Assembly (NCBI GenBank): GCA_964016885.1
Contig: OZ024740.1
Coordinates: 393,142,001-393,206,000 of the forward strand
Length of the DNA stretch: 64,000 nucleotides
Direction of reading: 5' to 3'
DNA from: Eledone cirrhosa
Taxonomy: Eukaryota
Both the position numbers and the translations under genes were made by a program. Positions 25,008 to 38,433 of this stretch are shown piece by piece. The notes under the pieces were generated by a model. That model made no database searches and had not been told where the DNA came from. It saw nothing but the letters and a program-made list of their open reading frames with translations. Position 1 is the stretch's first letter. Each line of letters begins with the position of its first letter.

Positions 25008-26414
25008 AATGAGAAATTAGAAAGATTGAAGGAACAGGCAGGGTGGAATTTGAAAAAATGTTTTTAGAGAAAAATAACAGGTCCATTCATGCTGCTGCGT
25101 GTGTGTATACACGCACACGCGCATATTTTTTCATTGTTTATAGTGATTGGACTGCAATTCTTCTAGAGTTGCACCTTCAATGGTTTTAGTCCCAAATATT
25201 GACCCACAGTACTTTGTCTAATATATATTTTATTGAGTCAACATATTTCGTCTGACACTCTACTGATTCTTCAATCCACTGGCCAATATATATATGCATA
25301 GCTACGTTTGCCTTGAAAGGATGGAGACAATGGAAAGTGGAGAGAACACTTTTGCCATGTAACAGCAAAGCAACCTCTTTAGTGTTGGTACCAAAATAAA
25401 ATACACCCAGTACACTCTATAAAGAGGTTGATGATCAAATGAAGACAATGTAAGGAAGAAATGTTCTTTAGTCTTGTTTAGAACATAACAATCTCTCTAG
25501 TGAAGGTGCTATGATAAAAGGCAGTCAGTACATTTTGTAAATTGGTTATTATTAGGAAAAACGTTGAGTTATAAAAACCATGTTGAAAATTGGAACATAT
25601 CAGCAAGACATACTCCTCTGACTCATCAAGGAAAGACAGTAACTTCAAATAAGAACTGACTCAAACTGTAACAATCCATCCAACCCATGACAGAATGGAA
25701 AGTAAATGTAAAATAATGATGATATATAGCCAGGTTACTATGGGTAACTTTGCAGAAATCCTTGGTCTTGTAGTACTAATAAGGTGGGGGCATTGCTGAC
25801 ATGAGATAAACTCTAAAAGTATGGAAGTGCAGTCAGCCAGGCCTATCTGAGAAGTGTGCAGAGTGACAAAACCATTCTGCACACACATTCAGTGTAGAGT
25901 TTTGTCAATCTGCTGTTGCCACACACAGAGTGGATTTGGTTATTGTAGTAATTAATTCAGCACCTTCTTTGGAAAGGAATAGCAGGTAGTTTTCCTCTGC
26001 CTGGTGGCTATTGGAAGAGGACATGACTGAAAGGGCAGAAAACAGATGGGACTTCATCAACGTTTTCAACTTCCACTTAAGTAAGACAGTGAGGACGATG
26101 TGAGAGTTATTATCCTCAAGTAAATTTGTGGAAAGGTAAGCATGACTGGAGTGAATGGGCTCACTTTCAGTATGGGCTATTGTGAATACAACTAGGAGAG
26201 GACACTTATGATAGATAGTCAGAGTAATGAAATGTCTCTTTATCTCTAATTATTGTGACAACGTTAGTGCCGTGGAAAAAATGTCTTGGGGTATTTGTTT
26301 TAGCTGGGTCGATATAATCGACATTACTCATCCCCAAAATTGCTAGCCTTGAGCCTATTTGAAAATTTACTATTACTACTACTACTACAACTGCTATTAT
26401 CATCATTATCATTA

Positions 26415-26780
26415 CAGAATTGGTAGAGCGTCGGATAACATGCTTAGCGGCACAGAGTTTCGGCTCTTTACGTTCTGAGTTCAAATCCTGCCAAGGTTAG
26501 CTTTGCCTTTCATCCTTACGGGGTTCGATAAAATTAAGTACCAATAACGCACTGAGGTCGATTTAATCGACTTTCCCTAAAATTGCTGGCCTTGTGCGTG
26601 GATTGGCAGTACCGGTAGAAGGCCGGACGTCATGCTTTCGAGCATAGTTACGTCCCTTTATGGTCTGAGTTCAAATCCCACCGAGGTTAACTTTGCTTTC
26701 ATCCTTACGGGTTCGTTAAAATAAAGTACCAGTAATGCACTGAGTAATTGCTGGCCTTGTGTCAAAAGTAGAAACAATTA
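26415..26780 (+). mobile_element. Two tandem SINE family B copies
   Basis: Each has gagttcaaatcc...ctttcatccttacgggg...agtacca. Confidence 0.85.
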
Positions 26781-27847
26781 TTATTATATTTAGTTTGCAT
26801 TTTCGCCAAAATTACAGTAAGACATAACATATATTATTTTATTCTTATATTCTTTTACTGATTTCGGTCATTAGATTACACTGCCTTGAAAGGATTTAGT
26901 CGATCACATCAACCCCAGTAATTATTTGTATTTAAGTTTGGTACTTATTTTAACTGTCTCTCTCTCTTTTTCCTTTTTGTCGAACGTCCATGTTTTTAGA
27001 CAAACAGAAAAAATAACAGACGCACATACACATATGATACACAGTGATTTCCGTCAAATAAATTCCACACACGAGGCAATCAAATGCTACAGTAGAAGAC
27101 TCTTGCCCAATGTGCCATACAGTAGAACTGAACTCAAAACCACCCAGTTGTGAAGCGAACTCATTAAGCACACAGCCATACCTGCGACTATGGAGATTAT
27201 TTCTACAGAAATTATAAATATTGTTTTTAAGTATCACTTAATTTAGTCATTCAGTTTCCATTCTCAGTTAAAACCACTTCCTATATTTCTCTTCGTTAAT
27301 AACATTGGAAAAAAAGAAACGATTTGTTACAAATCTTCTTACAACTTAAACTTTCATTCATAAACAAGTCTCTAATAAATCACAAAAAGTTATCTCCCTT
27401 AGACCCTAAATTGTACACATACACGTATTCATTCTCGCATTACTTAATAGTTTGACAGCTTCATCGTATGGTAAAATAGTAATATTGACATTTGGGATTA
27501 TGACATGCGTCACAGAGTTGAGTGAGGTTATTCGCCCAGGTTTCATTTCCAAGCACTTCACTTATTTTAAACTTAATGAAGTAACGAACACCACACAATC
27601 TCAAATATTTGTCTCTAATTAATGTGAGGCTTTGTAATCAATATAGGTAACCAATTATTGATATCAGAAGTAACAAACAAATTTGTTAAATAGACAAAAA
27701 GAAAACAAATATTGTCCCAGTTTCTTTTAAGACAAAAAAAAAAAAAAAATACTGTGCGTAGACATAGCTGCGTGGTTAAGGAGTTTGTGGTTAGAGTTCC
27801 ATGGCATGGTCCCTTAAGCATGTATCTTCTAGCCACAGGATAAATAA

Positions 27848-28035
27848 TAATTTCTACTTTAGGCACAACGCCAGCAATATTTGGAGGAGGGGAAAGTCGA
27901 TTAAATCGACCCTAGTGCATTACTGGTGCTTTATTTTATTGACTCAGTAAGGCTGAAAGGCAAAGCTAACCTCGACGGGATTGAACTCAGGGCCGTAACT
28001 CTATGCTGCGAAGCATGGTGTTCGACGCTCTGCCG
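27848..28035 (-). mobile_element. SINE family B
   Basis: Reverse complement of the family B consensus. Confidence 0.8.
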
Positions 28036-28249
28036 TAGAATAAATAATGTCTTGTAAATGAAATTCAGTAGTCGGAAAATGTAGAAGCCTGTCATATATA
28101 CGAATATTCGTGTGTGTGCGATTTTATGTCTGTGTTTACGTTTACTGTTTGTTTATGTTCGTAACATAGCGGTTCGGCAAAAAGGGATCAATAAAACAAC
28201 CTTAAAAAAAAAAAATGAAAGGGGATCGATATTATAAACTAAAATTTCT

Positions 28250-28870
28250 TTTCTGATGAGATCAGTGCTCTATCTTCTTCCCTACTTATTAACATTTTGG
28301 TTTTTGCTAAGTTTACTCTCAGCCCTTTTGATTCTTAGTTCTGTTTCTACAGCCGGAATTTATTTAGTTCCACCACAGATTCAGCTATGAGGACCAGATC
28401 ATCAGTATACAGGAGTACCCATGGACAACCAGCCTTAAACTCCCTTGTTATGCCCCGGAGAACTAGGATAATCGGAAGTGGGCAGGAACCGAACACTGAT
28501 GCACTCTTACCTGTACCTTGAATTCTTTACTAAACTCACTTCCTATTCTCACTTTACTTACATCTCCTCTGTACAAGACTCGCACTACTCTTACAAGCCA
28601 TTCTTCTACATGTAGTTTCCTTAAGGATCACAACATGATAGAATGGGGTAGCCTCTCAAAGACTTTCTCTAGATCAATAAAAGCTAGATATAGAGACTTA
28701 CTCTTAGTTAAGAACTACTCTTGTAATTGTCTTACTAAAAAGAGAGCACATGTGGTGCTCCTCCCTGGCATGAAACCGAATTGCATCGCATCTAATTTGA
28801 CTCTTTCCTTAATTGGTTGTACTGGAACTCTTTCTGTTATTTTCATAACTTTATCTATTCCCTTGTGGTA
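28250..28870 (-). mobile_element. RTE LINE RT fragment
   Basis: Minus strand reads LDAMQFGFMPGRSTT...LYLAFIDLEKVF...GCPWVLLYTDDL. Paralogous to the 51452-52279 RT. Confidence 0.85.
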
Positions 28871-29889
28871 CAATAGCTAGAGATTGTTGTAATTTTATTG
28901 CCTATGACTATTCTAAGTTTGATAATTCTGTCGTTTACTCTAACTACTTTAATTACTTTATCTATCTACTTCTCAGATAGTAGGATGTCTACGCCAGCTA
29001 CCCTGTCATCATTACCTATCCAAAAGAGCTTGTATCTACATTGCTTGCCTATGAGAAGACTTGCAGAGATGCCTCTCTATCTCACCTCCAGGACTCCACA
29101 ATTCAGTGTGCCTACATTGTATATGCAATTTGTGAGAGATTTGTGTATTGTACTTTGAATAGTGTTGGCGAGGTTTCACTGGCTATCACCAACCACTTTG
29201 CAGTGTGGACTGGGTGCATTATTTGTGGCACCAGCACAAGAGAGGTTGTCTTATTGGTCTGATGGGTCCTCTCTACCCTGTATCAGTTTTTATTCAGAGT
29301 GACTGCTCTCCTAGATGGGTTGCCTACATTTCAGCTTATGGAGCCTGTGTCATATATGAGTGTATGTGCGTGTATATGTATATATATATATATGTACGTC
29401 AATACTCATCTTTTTCCATTTATCTGAGGGTTCTAAACCCCATTATCAGGCTAAAATTTCTTTAGTCAAAAATACGGTGAAAGGTATTCTATTTTCTAAT
29501 TTCAAACCTGCTCACTGTTTCAAAACATACTTACTTGTCATATATATATATATATATATATATACATACACACATACACACACATTAAGGTTGATATTAT
29601 TCATTCCAGTGCACCGTGGTGATTTCCAGGGTTTGACTGAGAATATAAGATTGTCTGTTTTTCCATTATTTTTTCTGGTGTCTTTGTCCTGTGTGCTCCT
29701 TTGTTTTGGATTCATATTCAAAAGTCTTAGCCATGTGGACTTTCTTTGAACATTATATAATTTATATATATATATATATATACTTGTTCTACATCTCTTT
29801 GTATTGAACCACAAAGTTACTAAGACAAAACCTATATCTTTGCTAGCGTAAGTATACATCTGTATAAATATGTTGGTAGATATACTAAT

Positions 29890-31245
29890 TCTCTCTCTCT
29901 CTATATATATATATAACGAAGGAAGTGTGGTAAGGAACCATGTGGACCATAATGCACCAGAGTACTCGATACTTTGGGTAGTAGAGTGGGTAATAGGAAA
30001 AGGTTCAGGACCCCGACGGCAGAGCTCAAGCCGTTTCGACGGCTATTTCTGGACTAAATTAGATTTTTAGCGTGGTAATAAACAGCCAAACTTTTCAAGG
30101 GGTAATTCCAAATATGGGCAAGCAATAATCATGCATTTCTAAAGGTTGTAGTTGTCAAAAGGATTGGTCAAAATTTCTTGTAAACACAGTTAAATCTTTC
30201 ATGGCGGTGGGTAGGGGGTGGCTGAATTTGCCTGTAGAACAATGAGGGAGTGGGTGAAGCTGGTCAAGCATTGAAAGTAAGTTCTATACAGCAAATTCTA
30301 AGGAGTGTGGATGAATTAGGCTAGCTAGAAAGCAGGCGAAAAAAGAATTCTACAGGAATCTGAAAATGGGAAATTATAAAATAAAAAAATAAAAAAATAA
30401 AAAAAATTAAAATTAAAGAAATAAAAAAAAAAATAGAATCTAAAACAGCTGCTATATTTTTTAGCTGGTATTGCATTTTCGGCCAATGCTATATAGAATT
30501 TACTGAGGCTACAAAAGCCCGATGGGCTGCCTCAGGTTAAGCGAAAGAGGAAAAAGGAAAAGGAAGAGGAGAGGGAGCGGAAGCAAGTGAGAAGAAGAGA
30601 TGAAGGGAAAAAAGGAAAGAATTACATCCACCTATGTATGCTGGGGCCTCCCCTATCTTGTTCAGCAAGTGAGGAAAAGAAGGATGTTATAGCCATTGTC
30701 TACCCACCCGGCCGGCCTGGCGACATGCCACTACACTTTCGGGCCACATCTGGGACCTCCAAGATAATAACATCACATACCATCTTACTTGGAGCTTACT
30801 TTCCAGGGCTAACTCCTACACGGGAGGACGCCGTCTGTGTAACTTATGCTTGGAGGAAACAATACAAATTCTGTTCACGAAGGACCAACTCCTAAACAAA
30901 AAAGACGAACTTGTAACCGCATGTAAACACTGATTGCGTAAGACTTACCTTGCCCTCAAACCCCCTCATGACCCGGGTGGGTAGACAATGGCTGTAACAT
31001 CTTTCTTTTCCCCACTTGCCGAACAAGAGAGAGGAAACCCCAGCATACATAGGTAGAAGTAATACTTTTCTTTTTTTTCCCTTTTATCTCTTCTTCTCAC
31101 TTCTTTCCACTCCCTCTCCTCTTCCCTCTTTCGCTTACCCTGAGGCAGCCCATCGGGTTTTTGTAGCCTCAGTACCCCCACCCCTGTGAAATCTATATAG
31201 CATTGGCTGAAAACACAACACCAGCTAAAAATATAGCAGCTGTCT
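29890..31245 (+). mobile_element. 5'-truncated Penelope-like element with an inverted copy of its 3' end (inverted pseudo-LTR)
   Basis: 30721-30933 reads RHATTLSGHIWDLQDNNITYHLTWSLLSRANSYTGGRRLCNLCLEETIQIL...LLNKKDELVTACKH*, a GIY-YIG C-terminus. It is flanked by ~270-bp inverted arms at ~30443-30712 and ~30972-31245. Confidence 0.8.
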
Positions 31246-31970
31246 TCTTTTTTAGGAAGCTAGGTGTAATGAAATGGCTTGTAAAAACCATGCAAGTCAT
31301 TTTGTGAGGTTTACCAGCAAAGTGAGAGTTGACAATGAATACAGTGATGAATTTGGAGTGCAGATGGGGTCAACTAAGATTCAGTCCTTAGTTCCCTTCT
31401 ATTTATCTTTCAGGCCCAAATAGAAGAATTTTTGACTGACTATCCATGGAAAGTCCTGTATATCAATGACCTAGTAGTTATAGCTGATTCTGTAGAATCA
31501 AATTCCAGATCTAAAAGCAAAACCTAAAAACAAAACTTGGCATAAACTAAAGTTTTAATATGTAGGAACGAAGACATGACTCTGATACTTTTGGGGGAAA
31601 CAGCCTCGCTCAATATGTTGAAAAGGTGTGGGTAGAAATTCCAAACGGTGCACACAATGTAATATGTTGATGCATAAACAAATGTAGTGCGACTACAGGC
31701 AGGTTAACAGAGATTGTAGGCTTAGTATGCAGCAGATGTACAGGAGAAATAAGTACTATGAGCACTCATGAAATAGACTGCCTCACTTGAAGTTGTTGAA
31801 AGTTTTTATTACCTAGGGGACCTAATTATTAGTGAGGGAAGATGCTCTGAAAGTATAGTAACTAGAATAAGAATGGGCTGGAAGAAATTTAGGGAGATAA
31901 TATCTTTGTTGACAATAAAGGGCTTCTCACTCAGAGTGAAGGGTAGACTGAATGATGCTTGTATATGAGC
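31246..31970 (+). mobile_element. Decayed RTE RT/zinc-finger fragment
   Basis: RKLGVMKWLV..., EVVESFYYLGDL, RIRMGWKKFRE, LSLRVKGRL all parallel the RTE at 50529-52279. Confidence 0.8.
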
Positions 31971-32029
31971 AATGTGTTTTTAAAGAAGTCCAGCAGTCAC
32001 TCATACATAACAGTTTCACCATGTCACCA

Positions 32030-32240
32030 ATGTTGTCCAAGAGAAAGGCAAATACAAAAGCAAAGCCTGATACAGCTTGGGCCCAGTGAAAACATAAATA
32101 ATTTTTTTGCAGTTGAGTAAAGTGGAGCAACCTGAAATAAAGTGTCTTGCTGAAGGACACAATGCACCGTCCAGTCTGGGAATTGAACTCACAATCACAT
32201 GATTGTGAATCCAACACAGTAACCACTAAGCCTTGTGCCT
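32030..32240 (-). mobile_element. tRNA-headed SINE (family A head)
   Basis: Reverse complement of ggcttagtggtt...gagttcaattcc...caagacactttatttc. Confidence 0.75.
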
Positions 32241-32282
32241 TCACACACATATATATGTGTGTGTTTGCATGTGTATGTCTTT

Positions 32283-32377
<95 letters not shown>

Positions 32378-32380
<3 letters not shown>

Positions 32381-32620
32381 CGGGTATAACTCCCGAGATC
32401 CATGGACGAGTTCTCTCCAGTGGTCTCTGTCCTTCATCATTGTTGCCATGTCCAAGAGACCAGTGTCTCTCCTTAGGGTATCAACATATGTCAACCTCGG
32501 TCTCCCTCTTCCAGTGTGTCCACACAGGGGCTCCCACAGGAGCACTGCGTGCAGTGTCAACTCTGGCTGTCAGTGAGCATGTCCAGCTAACTTCAGTCTC
32601 CTCTGTGCTACTCTCGAGCT
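32378..32620 (-). mobile_element. RTE-like LINE 3' end (second family)
   Basis: Reads GRGRPRLTYVDTLRRDTGL...MKDRDHWRELVH. A second copy is at 44600-44860 (+). Confidence 0.8.
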
Positions 32621-33502
32621 GACTTTTGGGAGGCTCCCGTACAGCTCTGAGTTCTTCATCCTCATAATCAAAAATATATGGAGGAGAAAGCAAGACATTT
32701 AAAAACAAGATTTAATTCTTACACAGTGTTTCGTCTTCAAGTACATTTATGATACAGTATGTATATAAACTACAGTAGAGATGCCCTTATACACACATAC
32801 TCATTCACCCCTCGGATGGAAGCATCAGAAATCAGAGATGAAAGATAGACATCTATTAGGTAGCAAAGAATGATAACAAACACTTAAGATATTATATATA
32901 CTGATTATTGCAAGTGAGTGTGACATGTGAGACCCCCCATTGTTGATGGTGTGGAGTAGGTGTAGATATTTTAGAGTTAGAGAGATCTCATCTACAACAA
33001 CATTAATGGAGAAAATGTTAAATGTTAAATAATAAGAAAATGTTTCATAGATGGTTGATCATGCAGAAAGTTTGCCGAGATGTTCATGACTTTAAACTTC
33101 ATTATGAGAGAATATTAAAACTATTGCAAATATTGACTGGAAACTCTGGCAGTCTTTGCAGTATTTGCTTATTTTGTATTTATTTATTTACTGAAGGTTA
33201 ACTGTATGTGTATGCATAAGTTTATGTGGGTGGGGGAACATGGTGTGTTGTTATTGTTGTAGATGTTATACATGATTTCAATACTGGTTGTTATGATAAA
33301 TTACCAAAGCTTGACATGTTTAACATTAATGCTGTGCATGGTTAAGTTAACATAAGTTGACTATAACAGGGTTACAAGGAAATGTAGAGTTGTTGCTTAT
33401 TAATATTGCTGCTGTTGTTGTTATTATTTAGCCTCTGGTCAGTCCTGTTAGAGCAAAACTATGGTCAAAAGCATTCCAGTCATGACCATCCTGGCTTTAT
33501 AT

Positions 33503-33862
33503 ATATCATCATCATCAGGATTTAATGTCCATTTTCCTTGCTAGCATGAGTAGGACGTGTTGTCTTGTGAGAGATCCAGGTCAGAGGACCATGTTTTGCT
33601 CACATAGAACTGATTTTAGCTTGGTTTCTACAGTTGGATGCCCTTCCTAACGCCAACCAGATTTATAGTATGGACTGGGTGCTTTTTGTGATGACACCTA
33701 CACGACCACTTTACAGTGTGGGCTGGGCACTTTTTGTCATGTCACCATACGACCACTTTACAGTGTGGTCTGAGTGCTTTTTATCGTGTCACCAACACGA
33801 CCACTTTACAGTGTGGGCTGGGTGCTTTTTGTCGTGGTTCCAGGATAACCACTTTATGGTGT
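33503..33862 (-). mobile_element. SINE/RTE-tail element with ~5 internal ccactttacagtgtgg repeats
   Basis: Shared RTE-tail core plus a (CAT)n start on the + strand. Confidence 0.8.
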
Positions 33863-36676
33863 GGCTTGGGGACTTGGATGGGGTGGTGGTGGTGAAGATG
33901 CATGGGGAATTGGGGAGGTAGATATAGGAGTGGGATGATTACAGTGAGTGAGGTGTATGGGAGGGAAGTTGGTACTAACTAAATGTATGCTTTGATTCCT
34001 GCATATGTGAGTAGTTGAATGGCTTGTTCAGGCAGTACAAGCCATGCACAAAAGGGCAGTTAGCAAGGTTAAAATTAATAATGACTATAGTGACGAGTTT
34101 AGCATGCAAGTTGGGGTCCATCAGGCTATAACAGTAGTTTAAAACAGGTTGCCCTTAAGAACTTCTGTAAGCTTCCTTTCCCTTGGAACACTTTGGCACT
34201 TCTGAACTCAAAAATCCTCAACTATATGAATTGCATGACTATACTGTTGGTGACAGGAAGAGTATCCAGCTGTAGAGACCATACCCAAACTGGAATGTGT
34301 TTAAAAGAGATGTTGCTCCTGGCTCAATTGAGATAACAGTAGCTCCAATTTAGTATTGATTTGGTCTGTGATGCTTTGTCCAGCCCATACCAGCATAGAA
34401 AAGCAGATGTTAAATAATGATGATGATGATATATATATATATAGTTTCTTTATATATGGGTATTGGCTTACTTTACTATAATTAACTGTTCAAATATGTT
34501 GCCCATGCAGCAATTTGTTAAAGCATTGGATGGTATTTGTTCTGGCTGCCTGTGCTCTGAGTTAAAACCTTGCCATTGAAAAAATTGTGACATATGACTA
34601 AAGCCACTATCATTTAAACATCCAAGAAGCCAGCAGAAGTTATATAGGTTGTCATGCCCAAATGCCACACATATATACACATACCTGCATACACACATGT
34701 GTGCGCACACACACAATGACTTCAGTAATAGCATTTGAGATGATAGCCATATGATTAGTAAGATCTACAGTAACCTCACAATTTAATACTTCATTAAAAT
34801 CTTCATTTAAAGAGCAGAAAGGGAGAAATTGGGTTGTGTTTGTACATTAATGAGGTCTACATCTTTATAATTTTTCAGACTATTAATTCATCTTTACGAA
34901 TGTAAATGTAAATAGTTTGAAAACGTTTAATCATCCCTAAAGATTAGATTAATAGTCATCTAAAGAGTTGTATTCTTATTAACTACAATACCTTTCAGGC
35001 ATCTGGACATTGAAAAACACACACACTAAATAAACAACAATCCATTCATGTATATACAGACCAATTACTTCCTTTTAATCTTTTTTTAAATGTAGATTTT
35101 AATGAAGTACAATGGTTGTCAACAATTACCTAGAGGCTCCCTTGTTGACTCATCACAGCTTGGTTTTATCTATCACACATTTCTACAGGTGTATGCCCTT
35201 CCTGATGCAAACCCATACTTTTAAGCATGGTAAAGATTTACCGACTTAACAGAGTTTTGGATGAAAAGATGTATACACAATCATACATATACATACAAAC
35301 GACAGACTTCCATACAGTTTCCAGCTACCAAATTCAATCACAAGGTATCAATTGGCTTGGCACTCTAGCAGAAAACACTTCTCCAAGGTGCTTATGCAGT
35401 GTGACAACTAGAAACCACATACTTCAGAAGTGAACTTCTAAACCACACAGCCTTGCTTATGTCTTCATAGTAAATCTACGGTAGTAGGTAGAAGAGGGAG
35501 GTCAGCTCTCAGTATACCGGATATTGTATGTGAGATGATGAAAGATCAGGACAAGTGCCAATATATAGTTGACCTAGTTGACCCACGACAGCATGAAGGA
35601 ATATAGGGCACAATGATGATAATGTCTTTGACACCTTAAAATGTTTGCAATAGATTCTAACTCATGGTCTATGACTTTACGGCAGCCATTTTTCTTCTAA
35701 TAAATGCTAAACTGGCAGAAGTATTAGAGAGTTAAATGAAATGCTTTGTGGTGTTTATTCAAGCTCCTCGCATTTTGACTTCAAATCTTGCTGAGGCTAA
35801 CTTCATCTTTCATCCCTCAAGAGCTGATAGATTAAGTACTAGTCATTTCAAACTAGTACTGTACAATTGGAAGAGCATCAGATGGAATGTTCTGTAGAAT
35901 CTGTTCTGGCTTGTTGCATTCTGAGTTCAAATCCGACCATGGTCTACTTGAAGTGCAGAGTTATTACATCACCCAGTGTAACTCCACATCTGCCCCTTGG
36001 GTGCCTTTAGCAGAATTCACTCTGTCATAAGTTTTGGTGCCAGGTTTGAGAATCTTTTCTTTTTTATTTCCCACCAGTTGAAGCTCTGAAGCTCTGCTTT
36101 TTCTCATGACTGGGGTCGATTTAATTGACATTACCCTTCCCTTCAAATGCTGAAATTGTGCCAAAAGAAGAAACAATTATTAAGAGGAACATGTTCAGTA
36201 AGTTTCAAGACTGAAATCATTTCATCCTTATCTTAAAGTTGGTTACTGAGTTTGTTGATATAAAAAAAAAAAGATGTTGCATTGAGCAGATCGAGTGGCT
36301 ATGTACAACATCATTCACTGGCTCAATATCATGTTTATATGTGTGTGTGTGAGAGAGAGAGAGAGGAGGGGGGGGGGGCAAGAAAGATAGATATAGATAG
36401 AATGATGTGAGGCATAAGGAAATAACATTTGGTGTCATCTGGGAGGTCTCTTAGGACTCTTAAACTGGAATGTCAGACTTGATCTAAGACACACCCCAGC
36501 TGGCTGTTTGTTGTGAAAGCTTAACCTTCCATTAAGACACCCTGGTAACTAACTGATGTGTCTCATATCTATGTAAACTCCCCATCCTGCAACTAACCAA
36601 TTGCATATTATGAAAATCTCTTATTTCATGGGTCTCCTTTAGCTTACTTTTGATGTGTGTGTATGAATAAATACAG

Positions 36677-36712
<36 letters not shown>

Positions 36713-36929
36713 GCATACATACACACATACATATATACACACATATGCACATACATACATATGCACATACATACACACATATAGAGAGAGAAATACATAT
36801 ACATACATATATAGATATAAACCTTTCTCACAAGGAAATGATGATGAAGTAGGCATTTTACTAGCTGAGAAGTGCATAAAGTGATTGAGGTAGATTAAAT
36901 AAAAGAATTATCAAGCTCATAATATTCAT

Positions 36930-38056
36930 AGGAAATAGAATAACAATGGTTATCTCTACATATGTGCTGAAATCATGACAAAGTAAAGAATAAAAGGACC
37001 ATTTCTATGAGGACCTCTTACAGGCAACTTCAGTAACAGATGACAGTGACTTCATCACTGTGGTTGCTAACTTCAATGGATATGTTGGTGAATATTAGGC
37101 TGGCTACTTCAGAGTGCATAGTGATCATGGATATAGTTAGAGAAATGAAGGGGTAGCAAGGCTTCTAGAATTCTGTGGTGCAAATAAACTATTTGTAACA
37201 TTAACTTCAGAAAACTGGCTGACTATTTCCTCACTAACCAATCAGATGAACATGTAACCATATTAACTTCTTGCTCATTAGGAAATAGGTTAAACAGATG
37301 TTCATGAATGCTAAGTCTTATCCTGGAGATGAATGCACTCCACAACATAAGTTAATTATCAGTAACACATGAAAAAAAATTTGATGAAATAAAAAAATGC
37401 CAGAAAACCTGGAAGGCGGAGTATGGAAGCTAAAAGACTTCTCTGTTTAATTTAAGTTCACAAAAGCTCTACATGATGACTGGACAAATGTAGCTGCTAT
37501 ACCTAGCTTTTGTTGATCTGTCAACAAATTGAGAATAAGTAATGAATTCAATGAAGAATGCAATGTGCAGGCTGGTGTTGACCAAGGCTTAGTACTCAAT
37601 CAACTTCTGTTAATTATAGTCCCTCTGGCCTTAATAGAGGAGTTTCAGACTGACTGCCTATGGGAACTATCCTAGCTACTATGCTTCAAAGCATAGTAGC
37701 TAGGATAGGAACAGGATAGAAAAAATTCAGAGAACTACTATTTCTGTTGACAACAAAAATTTTCACCTAACAAGGAAAGACTGGCAGTATTATGCTTGCA
37801 ACGGAGGTGTAATGCTGTATGGGAGTGAAACATAAGAATAAAAGTAGAATATATGTAAAACTTGGAGAGAAATGAAGTGAGAATACTCCAGCAGATGTGT
37901 GATTCGAATGTGCATGAATGGAAAAGCATGGATTAGCTGAGAAAGACACTGGTTAAAAGAGGAATCAATGTAAAATGCATGAGTAAAGACTTTGCTGGAA
38001 AAGACCTGTCTAACCCATGCAAGCATGGAAAAATGGACATAAAAGATGATGAGGAT
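36930..38056 (+). mobile_element. Heavily decayed RTE LINE (endonuclease to 3' tail, with internal deletions)
   Basis: ANFNGYVG..., FRKLADY..., LYLAFVDL, GLVLNQLL, CLWEL fragments, then the RTE tail. Confidence 0.7.
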
Positions 38057-38165
38057 GATACACACACACATGTAAACACTCACACAAGCACACACACATA
38101 CATATATATGTATGTATCCCAAGTTCAATTGGGGGTAACTACAGTAAGTAAAGTACTCAATACAT

Positions 38166-38358
38166 AGCAGAGTATAAATATTTAATATAGAAATTCCTTC
38201 TACAGGACTAGAACTGTTTCATTCAAAGGAAATCATCAGGAAGGCCAACTGTCAATGTGTTATGGTGGTATTTATACACAATGACAGTCAGCCTTCTTGA
38301 TAAGGAACAGGTCTAGTCCTGTAGAAGCCATTTCTATATTAAATATTTATACTCTGCT
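38166..38358. repeat. ~190-bp foldback (inverted repeat) of PLE-like sequence
   Basis: agcagagtataaatatttaatatagaaat...ttctacaggactaga pairs with tctagtcctgtagaa...atttctatattaaatatttatactctgct. A partial family copy is at 40801-40890. Confidence 0.9.
38196..38244 (-). ncRNA. Type I hammerhead ribozyme fold, GUA cleavage triplet
   Basis: CCTTC-CTGATGA-tTTC[cttt]GAAt-GAAA-CAG[ttctagtc]CTG-TA-GAAGG. Stem I 5 bp, stem III 4 bp, stem II 3 bp with a U.U mismatch at its base. Confidence 0.7.
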
Positions 38359-38396
38359 GAATGATGTATATGTGCATATATATATATATGATGACA

Positions 38397-38433
<37 letters not shown>

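Noticed and set aside
28252-28280. CTGATGAG resembling a hammerhead core
   Set aside because: No GAAA or stem III follows, and it lies at the edge of an RTE RT fragment.
29610-29749. + strand terminal-exon-like segment (HRGDFQGLTENIRLSVFPLFFLVSLSCVLLCFGFIF...) with a hydrophobic tail
   Set aside because: It needs a phase-1 upstream exon, whereas the 15461 candidate ends in phase 0. No recognisable homology, so it is unsupported without transcripts.
30028-30046. Hairpin AGCCGT-ttcg-ACGGCT, possible terminator or ribozyme
   Set aside because: Eukaryotic context inside a PLE 3' region, with no CUGANGA box in register.
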